64,000 bases of DNA from the NCBI GenBank assembly GCA_965214485.1, contig CBDCBW010000015.1, positions 246,227-310,226 on the forward strand, given 5' to 3'. A program made the translations under genes and the position numbers. This stretch comes from Rhodothermales bacterium. Lineage in GTDB: Bacteria; Bacteroidota; Rhodothermia; Rhodothermales; JANQRZ01. This document shows positions 56,070 through 64,000 of this stretch, one piece after another; positions within the stretch are counted from its first letter, which is position 1; each line of letters begins with the position of its first letter. Below the pieces are notes generated by a model. The model did not search any database. It was not told the origin of the DNA and saw only the letters and a program-made list of their open reading frames with translations.

Positions 56070-58898
56070 ATGCTACGCTCGACCGGTACGATCCTCGACC
56101 TGCGCGTCGGCGAGCGCGCGCTCGTGGGGATGATGTTCGCGTACAACGTCGCGCTGCTCGTCACGCTCTACCTGCTCAAGCCGGCGCGCGACAGCCTGTT
56201 CCTGATCGAGGTCGGGGCGGCGCAGCTCCCGCTGGTCTTCCTCGCGGCGGCGGCGGCGGTGGTGCCGGTGACGGTGCTCTACGGGCGGATCGGGCGGCGG
56301 GTCCGGCTCTCGCGGCTCGTCAACGCGACGACGCTCGTGCTGATCGCCTCGCTGGTCGTGATGCGGTGGGCGGTGGCGCTCGAGGCGGACTGGACGTACT
56401 TCCTGCTCTACGTCTGGGTCTCGATCTACAGCGTGCTGGCGACCTCGCAGTACTGGCTCCTGGCCGGGGCGGTCTTCGACCCGGCGCAGGCCAAGCGCAT
56501 CTTCGCGCTGCTCTCGTTCGGCGCGATCCTCGGGGCGATCGTCGGGGGCGAGCTGACGGGCTACCTCGTCGAGGAGGCCGAGATGCGGACGCGGGACCTG
56601 CTGTGGGTCGCCGTCGGCGTGCTCGGCCTCACGGTGGTGCTCATCAACCTGATCCGGTGGCGGGCGACCGACGGGCGGTACGGGCGGCCCGAGGGGCTGC
56701 GCCGCAACGACACGCCCGCCGAGCGCAGCCCGGTCCTCGGCGTGCTCAAGGCGTCGAAGCACCTCCAGCTCATCACCGCCGTCATCGCGGTGGCGGTGCT
56801 GACGACGGCGCTCGTGGACTTCCAGTTCAAGACGGTCTCCTCGGAGGCCTTCCCGGTGCGGGCCGACCTGACCTCGTTCCTGGGGAGGTTCTACGGGCGC
56901 GTCAGCATCATCGCGCTGGGGCTGCAGTTCTTCCTCGCGCCCCGGATCATCCGGATGCAGGGCGTCGGCGGCGCGCTCCTGCTCCTGCCGACGGCCCTCG
57001 CCGCCGGGTCGATCGCGATGTTCCTCGCGCCGGGCCTGATCGCCGGGACGCTCCTGCGCGGGGCCGACCAGAGCCTCAAGCACTCCATCGACCGGACCGG
57101 GCGCGAGCTGCTCTTCCTGCCGGTCCCGCTGGCGGTGAAGAAGCAGACGAAGGTCTTCATCGACGTCTTCGTGGACCAGGGGATGCAGGGGCTGGCGGGC
57201 CTGCTCCTGCTGGCGGCCCTCGCCCTCGGCGTGACGGTGCAGGGCGTGAGCCTCCTCGTGCTGGCGCTCCTGGTGGTGTGGATCGGCCTGGTGGCGTGGG
57301 CGCGGCAGTCCTACATCCAGGCCTTCCGCGAGGCGCTCCCGCGCCAGAGCGACGAGCCGCTGCCGCCGCCGCCGCCGCCCAGGGCGGAGGACGTCCCGAC
57401 GCTCGTCGGCGCGCTGTCGTCGCCCGACACGGAGGACGTCCTCGACACGCTCGAGACCTTCGACGCGATCGACGCCGAGATTCCGGTGGACGAGGCCTAC
57501 GCGCTGCTCGACCACCGCTCGGCGCGCGTCCGGCGGCGCGTGATCGCGCTCCTGGCGAAGCAGCGCGAGGAGGGCTTCGCCGAGGTGATCGCGGGCTACC
57601 TCCGCGACCGCGACGCCGAGGTCCGGCTCGAGGCCGCGCGCTTCCTCTACCAGGCGCTCGACGGCGAGCACCAAGTGCTCCTGAGGCGCGGCCTCGAGCA
57701 CCCCGACGTCCGCATCCGCGCCGCCGCCGTCGGCGTCATCGCCGAGTCCGGGACGGAGGCCGAGCGCGCGCTCATCACCGACGACATGCTCCGGAGCCTC
57801 CTGGACCACACCGGCCCGGCCCGCGTCGAGACGAACATCGAGGCCATCAAGGCGCTCGGCGCGCTCGACCGGCCCGCGTTCCACCCCGTGCTGCGGGACC
57901 TGCTCGACCGCGACCAGCCGCAGATCGTCCGGGCCGCGGTCCAGGCCGCCGGCAAGGCGGGGCAGCGGCTCTACGTCGGCAAGCTCATCCGGCTCCTCGG
58001 CGAGAAGCCCTACGAGAAGGCCGCGCGCGAGGCGCTCGTCGCCTACGGCGAGCGCATCTTCGGCACGCTCTACGACCACCTCACCGACGAGGAGGTCCCG
58101 GAGCCGGTCCGCCGCAACATCCCCCGCGTGCTCTCCGAGCTCCCGACGCAGTCGGCCGTAGACCTGATGCTGCTGAGCCTGGAGCGCCTGCGCGCGCCGC
58201 TGCTCTACGACGTGGTCAAGGCGCTCAACAAGATCCGCGCGAGCAACCCCGGCCTCCGCTTCAACGAGGCCGCGATCGACGCCGCCGCCCTGGGCGAAAT
58301 CCGCGCCCTGGCCACCGTGCAGGCGGTCCTCTACCACCACCTCAAGGCGAGGGACCCGTTCGCCCGCTCGGCCGGCGCGGGCCGCGTCCGCGAGGCGCTC
58401 TACCACGAGCGCGAGCAGAGCCTCGAGCGCGTCGCCCGGATGCTCGGCCTGCGCTACCCCTCGACGGACATGCACAGCGCCTACCTCGGCCTGACCGAGG
58501 ACGAGACGCTCCGCGCTGCCGCCGCCGAGTTCCTCGACAGCGTCCTCGACTGGGAGCTCAAGCGCTTCCTCGTCCCGCTCCTCGACGCGGCCCCGGACCA
58601 GGGCGACGTGCGCGTGGCCGAGGAGATGGCCGAGCAGTCCTTCCCGACGTGGCAAAGCGCCCTGCGCAACCTCCTCCTCGTCCGCCACCCGCGCCCGCTC
58701 GCCTGCGCCCTCGCCGCCGCCGTCGAGGACCTCCCCGACGCGCTCCCCGACGACCTCGCCGAGATCGCCCTCGCCGCCTGCACCCCGGACCCCTCCGACG
58801 ACCCGCCCGAGATGCACGGCGAGGCCCCGGCCCCGTTCCGCCCCTCGGCCTCGGGCGACGGCGCGACGGTGGCGTCGGAAACAGGGGACGCCGGGTAG
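56070..58898 (+). CDS. Npt1/Npt2-family transporter fused to HEAT repeats
   Basis: LLKPARDSLF, AKRIF, DFQFK, RELLFLP; C-terminal half has DAEVRLEAA and DVRIRAAA repeats. Confidence 0.88.
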   Translation: MLRSTGTILDLRVGERALVGMMFAYNVALLVTLYLLKPARDSLFLIEVGAAQLPLVFLAAAAAVVPVTVLYGRIGRRVRLSRLVNATTLVLIASLVVMRWAVALEADWTYFLLYVWVSIYSVLATSQYWLLAGAVFDPAQAKRIFALLSFGAILGAIVGGELTGYLVEEAEMRTRDLLWVAVGVLGLTVVLINLIRWRATDGRYGRPEGLRRNDTPAERSPVLGVLKASKHLQLITAVIAVAVLTTALVDFQFKTVSSEAFPVRADLTSFLGRFYGRVSIIALGLQFFLAPRIIRMQGVGGALLLLPTALAAGSIAMFLAPGLIAGTLLRGADQSLKHSIDRTGRELLFLPVPLAVKKQTKVFIDVFVDQGMQGLAGLLLLAALALGVTVQGVSLLVLALLVVWIGLVAWARQSYIQAFREALPRQSDEPLPPPPPPRAEDVPTLVGALSSPDTEDVLDTLETFDAIDAEIPVDEAYALLDHRSARVRRRVIALLAKQREEGFAEVIAGYLRDRDAEVRLEAARFLYQALDGEHQVLLRRGLEHPDVRIRAAAVGVIAESGTEAERALITDDMLRSLLDHTGPARVETNIEAIKALGALDRPAFHPVLRDLLDRDQPQIVRAAVQAAGKAGQRLYVGKLIRLLGEKPYEKAAREALVAYGERIFGTLYDHLTDEEVPEPVRRNIPRVLSELPTQSAVDLMLLSLERLRAPLLYDVVKALNKIRASNPGLRFNEAAIDAAALGEIRALATVQAVLYHHLKARDPFARSAGAGRVREALYHEREQSLERVARMLGLRYPSTDMHSAYLGLTEDETLRAAAAEFLDSVLDWELKRFLVPLLDAAPDQGDVRVAEEMAEQSFPTWQSALRNLLLVRHPRPLACALAAAVEDLPDALPDDLAEIALAACTPDPSDDPPEMHGEAPAPFRPSASGDGATVASETGDAG

Positions 58899-58999
58899 GG
58901 TTTAGGAGCGGAAGAACGGAGGAAGCAAGCGCGAATGATGCAGGAGTGCCGCCCAGCCGATCTTCCGTTCTCTTCCCCTCCGCCCTCCCCCTCTCCCCC

Positions 59000-60214
59000 A
59001 TGCCCCTCTACCTCGCGCTCGACGTGCCGCTCGGCGAAGGGTCCGGCTCGCTCACGCTCCTCGTCGTCTACATCGCCCTTGCCATCGGCGTCTCGTTCCT
59101 GTGCTCGATCATGGAGGCGGTGCTGCTGAGCGTCACGCCGGCCTACGTCGGCGCGCTCGAGAACGACAAGCCGGCGGTGGCGGCCCGGCTGAAGGCGCTC
59201 AAGGACGACGTGGACCGGCCGCTCGCGGCGATCCTCACGCTCAACACCGTCGCCCACACGATCGGCGCGGCGGGGGCCGGGGCCGAGGCCGCCGCCTACT
59301 TCGGGAACGCCTACGTCGGCGTCTTCTCGGCGGTGCTCACGCTGGGCATCCTGGTGCTCTCGGAGATCATCCCGAAGACCCTCGGGGCGGTCTACTGGCG
59401 CGGCCTCGCCGGGCCGGTGGCGCGCCTGCTGAAGCTCCTCATCGTCGCGCTCTACCCCCTCGTCTGGCTCTCGCAGGTCCTGACGAAGCTCATCGCGCGC
59501 GGCAAGAAAGAGGCCCCCGTCAGCCGCGCCGAGCTCGCCGCCCTCGCCGCCATCGGGGCCGAGACCGGGGTCTTCGAGGAGCAGGAGTCGCACATCCTCC
59601 AGAACCTCCTCCGCTTCAACGGCCTCGCGGCGAAGGACGTGATGACGCCGCGCACCGTCGTGGTCGCCTTCCCCGAGTCCACGCCCGTCGAGACCGTCGC
59701 CGACCGGCAGCCCCGGTTCTCGCGGATTCCGGTCCACGAGGGCAGCCTCGACCACGTCACCGGCTACGTCCTCCGCGACGACCTCCTCCACGCCCTCGCC
59801 GACGGTGAGAGGGACACGCCCGTCGGCACGCTCAAGCGCGACCTCCTCACGGTCCGCGACGACCTCCCGCTGCCGCGCCTCTTCGAGCAGCTCCTCGAGC
59901 GGCGCGAGCACATCGCCCTCGTCGTCGGCGAATACGGCGGGACCCAGGGGCTGGCGACGATGGAGGACGTCATCGAGACGCTCCTCGGGCTCGAGATCGT
60001 GGACGAGGCCGACACGGCGCACGACATGCAGCACCTCGCCCGCGAGCGCTGGTCCGAGCGCGCCCGCGCCCTCGGCCTGCTCGACGGGGAGGTCGACGAG
60101 GCGGAGATCGGCAAGACCCTGAAGGAGCGCGACGCCGGGATCCGACTCGGCCTCACCGGCGGCCCGCCGCCCGTTGCGACTGCCACCTCCAGGGAACCGA
60201 GCGATCCGAAGTGA
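59000..60214 (+). CDS. CNNM (DUF21)-CBS domain protein
   Basis: SFLCSIMEAVLLS, AILTLNT, SEIIPKTLG, VMTPR, FSRIPV, EYGG..G..TMED. Confidence 0.92.
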   Translation: MPLYLALDVPLGEGSGSLTLLVVYIALAIGVSFLCSIMEAVLLSVTPAYVGALENDKPAVAARLKALKDDVDRPLAAILTLNTVAHTIGAAGAGAEAAAYFGNAYVGVFSAVLTLGILVLSEIIPKTLGAVYWRGLAGPVARLLKLLIVALYPLVWLSQVLTKLIARGKKEAPVSRAELAALAAIGAETGVFEEQESHILQNLLRFNGLAAKDVMTPRTVVVAFPESTPVETVADRQPRFSRIPVHEGSLDHVTGYVLRDDLLHALADGERDTPVGTLKRDLLTVRDDLPLPRLFEQLLERREHIALVVGEYGGTQGLATMEDVIETLLGLEIVDEADTAHDMQHLARERWSERARALGLLDGEVDEAEIGKTLKERDAGIRLGLTGGPPPVATATSREPSDPK

Positions 60215-60229
60215 GCCTCAGCACCTGTG

Positions 60230-60607
60230 TCAGCACCTGAGCACGGGCACGTCGTAGGCAGCGAAGAGCGCGTCCGGCGTTACCACCGCCAAGTCCTCGC
60301 TGCGCGCCTGCGCGACGAGCATCCGGTCGAACGGGTCGCGGTGGTGCGGCGGAAGCTGACCCGCAGCGGCGGCGTGCTCGGCAGTGATCCGAAGGTCGAT
60401 CAACCCCAAGCTGCGAGCAGCCTGCACCACGTCCGGGGCGGGTCGAGCGAGCTTCCCGAGCGTTGCTTTGATTTCGATCTCCCAGATGTTCGCGGGGGAG
60501 AAGAGTACGCGGTGCGCCGGGTCCGCCACCCGTTCCCGCGCCGCCCGCTTCATGCGCTCCGGCGCACTGAGCAGACAGATGAGGGCGAAGGTGTCGAGGA
60601 GATACAT
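60230..60607 (-). CDS. PIN-domain (VapC) toxin
   Basis: YLLDT, IWEIEIK, HHRDPFDRMLVAQA. Confidence 0.93.
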   Translation of the reverse strand: MYLLDTFALICLLSAPERMKRAARERVADPAHRVLFSPANIWEIEIKATLGKLARPAPDVVQAARSLGLIDLRITAEHAAAAGQLPPHHRDPFDRMLVAQARSEDLAVVTPDALFAAYDVPVLRC

Positions 60608-60613
60608 GGCCGC

Positions 60614-60877
<264 letters not shown>

Positions 60878-61417
60878 TCAGTCCCGTTGATCCGTTGTTG
60901 ACCAGATGAGTTGACTAACTCCGTCAACCAGGTCTGTGGTGGCGCGTTCCCACCTATCGAGTCAGTCGGAGATTCTGTAGCTCCTGAGCAACCCCGTAGA
61001 GCTCCTGAGCAACCCCGCAGAGAAAGTCATCCCGCCCACCCGGGTCCTCTGGTACTTCGTCTTCCCTGCCCTGTGCCCTCAGTGCCCTGTGCTCTCAGGT
61101 AAAAAAGGACAACCTCTGAGCCTTCATGTCTCTGAACCGAGCCACCAAACCGGCTCTCGCCTTCGGAAGAACTGTCTCAGGAGAAACCGTGGCGGGAGGA
61201 TTAAGGGCCTATTCGGAAAGTCGGCTTGACCAGCGAAGCCTGAGCGAACGGAGACTGAGCGAGGCGTGCGAAGCAGGCGATGCATCAGCATCGGCGATGC
61301 AGCACAACGACGCGCAGTCTCCGTGCAGCCAGGCGAAGTCGAGAGGGCTTTTCGGATAGGCCCTAAGGCCCACTGCACTCCGTCCGTACCTTTCCGGCTC
61401 ACCCGCCACCCGTCTGC

Positions 61418-62923
61418 ATGCGCGCCCTCGAAGACTTCCCCGACGCCGACCTCCGCATCTTCGACCGGCCCGAGGTCCCGCCGCCGGACGAGGTCGAATC
61501 GGTCTACCTCGTCGGGATTTGCGGCAAGGGCATGGGCGCGCTGGCCGAGCTTTTGAAGCAGGCGGGGTACGAGGTCCGGGGCTCCGACGAGGCGGCGTAC
61601 CCGCCGATGAGCACGCGGCTCAACGCCCTCGGCATCGCCATCGACGAGGGTTACGACCCGGCGCACCTCGAGCCCCACGCGGGGCGTCCGCAGCCCGACC
61701 TCGTCGTCGTCGGCAACGCCTCGGTGCCGACGCACCCGGAGGCGGCCTACGCCCGCGAGCACGGCCTCACGCAGCTCTCGCTCCCCGAAGCCCTCGCCCA
61801 CTTCTTCCTCCGCGACCGCCGCAGCCTCGTCGTCGCCGGCACCCACGGCAAGACGACGACCGCCGGGATGATGGCCCACGTCTTCCGCCACGCCGGCCTC
61901 GACCCCGGCTTCTTCATCGGCGGCGTGATGACGAACTACGGCGCGACGTGCGCCGTCGGCACCGGCCCGCACTTCGTCGTCGAGGGCGACGAGTACGACT
62001 CGGCCTACTTCGACAAGCGGCCCAAGTTCATGCACTACCGGCCCCAGTGCGCGGTCGTCACCTCGATGGAGTTCGACCACGCCGACATCTACGCCGACTG
62101 GGACGACTACCGCGCGGCCTTCCGCGCCTTCGTCGGCCTCCTCCCCGCCGGCGGCCTGCTCGTGCTCAACGGCGACGACCCCGAGGTCCGCGACCTCGCC
62201 GACCACACCTCGGCCCGCGTCCGGTTCTTCGGCCTGGAAGGCGGCGATGATCACGTCACCGCGACGGACATCCGCCCGGTCGAGGGCGGGCAGCGGTTCC
62301 GGCTCGTCGCCAACGGGCACGAGCTTACCGACATCTTCCTCCCGATGAGCGGGTGGGTCAACCGCTTCGACGCCCTCGGCGTCTGCGCGGTGGCGCTCAA
62401 CGAGAGGATCTCGCCGGAAGCGATTGCTGCCGCCTTCGCCTCGTTCGAGGGGATGAAGCGGCGGCAGGAAATCCTCGGCGAGGTCGGCGGGGTGATCGTG
62501 ATGGACGACTTCGCCCACCACCCGACGGCGGTCGACGCCACGGTCCACGCGGTGCAGGACCGCTGGCCGAGCCGCCGCACGGTTGCCGTCTTCGAGCCGC
62601 GCAGCAACTCGAGCCGCCGCAAGATCTTCGAGACGCCCTACGCCGACGCCCTCGCCGAGGCCGACGCCGTCTTCCTCAGCGCCCCCCCGCTCCGCCACAA
62701 CGACGACCGCGACACGTTCATCGACGTCGACGCCGTGGTCGAGCGGATCACCGAGCAGGGCATCCCCGCCGCGGCCTACCCCGACGCCGACGCGCTCCTC
62801 CCGCACCTCCTCGACACGCTTCAGCCCAACGACGTGGCGCTCGTGATGAGCAACGGCTCCTTCGGCGGGCTGCATCAGAGGCTGATGGCGGCGCTCCGCG
62901 AGCGCGAGGCGGTGGAAAGGTGA
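61418..62923 (+). CDS. mpl: Murein peptide ligase (Mpl/MurC family)
   Basis: GICGKGMGALA, YPPMST, AGTHGKTTT, EGDEYDSAYFDKRPKF, DDFAHHPTA, MSNGSFGG. Confidence 0.92.
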   Translation: MRALEDFPDADLRIFDRPEVPPPDEVESVYLVGICGKGMGALAELLKQAGYEVRGSDEAAYPPMSTRLNALGIAIDEGYDPAHLEPHAGRPQPDLVVVGNASVPTHPEAAYAREHGLTQLSLPEALAHFFLRDRRSLVVAGTHGKTTTAGMMAHVFRHAGLDPGFFIGGVMTNYGATCAVGTGPHFVVEGDEYDSAYFDKRPKFMHYRPQCAVVTSMEFDHADIYADWDDYRAAFRAFVGLLPAGGLLVLNGDDPEVRDLADHTSARVRFFGLEGGDDHVTATDIRPVEGGQRFRLVANGHELTDIFLPMSGWVNRFDALGVCAVALNERISPEAIAAAFASFEGMKRRQEILGEVGGVIVMDDFAHHPTAVDATVHAVQDRWPSRRTVAVFEPRSNSSRRKIFETPYADALAEADAVFLSAPPLRHNDDRDTFIDVDAVVERITEQGIPAAAYPDADALLPHLLDTLQPNDVALVMSNGSFGGLHQRLMAALREREAVER

Positions 62924-62936
62924 CAGGGACGCGGTC

Positions 62937-63593
62937 TCAGTGCAGCACCGTCAGCCGTTGCGTCATTGCCATGTCGCCTCCTGTTGCCCGCACGAGGTAA
63001 ACGCCTACCGGGAGGTGCTGCCCGTCGAACCAGAAGCGGTGCCGACCTGCCTCCGTCGGCCCGTCGTGGAGCACGGCGACGCGCCGTCCCAGCACATCGA
63101 AGACCTCCACCCGGAGCGCGGACCGCGCCGGTACGGAGATGGCGACGGTGGCCTGCCGCGCCGTCGGGTTCGGCCAGACCTCAAGCGACGGCTCGCTCGG
63201 CATCTCCGCTGCGTCCTCCGCACCCACCGGCGGCACGACCTCGAACGCGAGCGGGACCTCGATGGCTGTGCCCGTCTCGGCCTCGAATATCTGGAGCGCT
63301 GCCGTGTACGAGTTGCCGATCTCGCGTGTGCCCGACGAGAACGTGAGCACGACTTCCACCGATTCGCCTGGCCCGAGCGTGCCCTCCCACCGGCTCACCG
63401 CGAGCCACGACGGCGGCAGCGGGTGCGGCCGGACGCCGACGACGCCCTCGGTGTCGAAGCTCGCGAACGGAAAGTAAAGCACGCCGCTCGGGTCCACTCG
63501 GCTCCGCAGAGGTTCCCCCGTATAGCGCGTGAACTGGCCCAGCACCGGCAACGGCGTCTCGACCCCGACGTCGAGCACCGCGCACCCAGGCAA
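62937..63593 (-). pseudogene. T9SS sorting-domain protein, probably 5'-truncated
   Basis: C-terminal VWPNP...VFDVLGRRV...GVYLVR; no signal peptide or good start codon. Confidence 0.6.
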
Positions 63594-63626
63594 CGCTGAG
63601 ATTGATCTCTACCTCAATCGCGGTTA

Positions 63627-63654
63627 GCGTTGCGTAACGTCCTTTATGTTACAT
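63627..63654 (+). other. dif-like XerC/XerD site
   Basis: GCGTTGCGTAA-CGTCCT-TTATGTTACAT (11-6-11); XerD arm 10/11 to TTATGTTAAAT. Confidence 0.65.
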
Positions 63655-63666
63655 CAACCGGAGCGC

Positions 63667-63707
63667 AAAAAGAACCCCCTCCGAGAACCTTCTCTCGGAG
63701 GGGGTTC
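63667..63707 (-). terminator. Rho-independent terminator
   Basis: GAACCCCCTCCGAGA / TCTCGGAGGGGGTTC stem with T5 on the minus strand. Confidence 0.85.
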
Positions 63708-63726
63708 GAGCTTCTCGCCGCAAAGA

Positions 63727-64000
63727 CTACTGCACCACCGTGAACCGCTTGGTCGCTGTCCGTCCCTCGGCTGCCAGATGCACGACGTAGACCCCGCTCG
63801 GCAGTGCCGACGTGTCGAGCCGAAGCGTGTGCTCCCCTGCCCCGAGCACCCTGTCGTGCAGCACCCCGATCTCGCGGCCGAGCACGTCGAACACCGCGAG
63901 CGCTACCTCGACCGTGTGCTCCAGCGTGAGCGGCACCGTCACGCCGCCCGTCGCCGGGTTCGGATACACCTCGCCGAGCGCGACCGACGCGGGCGCGGAC
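63727..64000 (-). CDS. T9SS sorting-domain protein, C-terminal part (continues beyond the window)
   Basis: VYPNP...VFDVLGREI...LPSGVYVV...KRFTVVQ. Confidence 0.85.
   Translation of the reverse strand, partial: SAPASVALGEVYPNPATGGVTVPLTLEHTVEVALAVFDVLGREIGVLHDRVLGAGEHTLRLDTSALPSGVYVVHLAAEGRTATKRFTVVQ

Noticed and set aside
55451-58999. 1587-aa ORF suggesting a giant CNNM fusion
   Set aside because: Off-frame shadow of the Npt-HEAT gene in high-GC DNA; the real CNNM gene starts at 59000.
60921-61000. Possible displaced CNNM tail after the Phd-VapC pair
   Set aside because: Only a vague GG..PP peptide resemblance, with no convincing nucleotide identity.

Overview
High-GC bacterial chromosomal window, most consistent with Rhodothermota (tmRNA tag ANDYSYAMAA, T9SS-sorted proteins, xenorhodopsin, GTATCTT-type promoters; inferred, not searched). 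Housekeeping blocks include ssrA, a phosphohexomutase, tRNA-Arg, thiO-S-G-E-D, nucleotide-sugar genes, a TetR-TolC-MFP-RND efflux operon, psd, serA, CNNM and mpl. These are interleaved with accessory DNA. (1) A type I-E CRISPR-Cas locus lies between two outward-pointing arrays (30 and 12 repeats); it contains a WYL regulator, two MNT-HEPN pairs and one operator-like motif at three control points. (2) An integrase-less integron cassette array has 3 attC sites and an attI-like site split by an IS1595; one CRISPR spacer is itself attC-like. (3) An Omp85 / kinase-fold lipoprotein / Npt nucleotide-transporter operon. (4) Most unusually, toxin-antitoxin modules sit at the 3' ends of ordinary genes, each followed by a displaced, mostly synonymously diverged copy of that gene's last codons (three times after the Npt gene, once after serA), with no recombinase or IS ends visible. 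Also seen: a dif-like site, a candidate sigma-54 sRNA and a 9-bp VNTR. All calls come from reading the sequence; no database searches were run.
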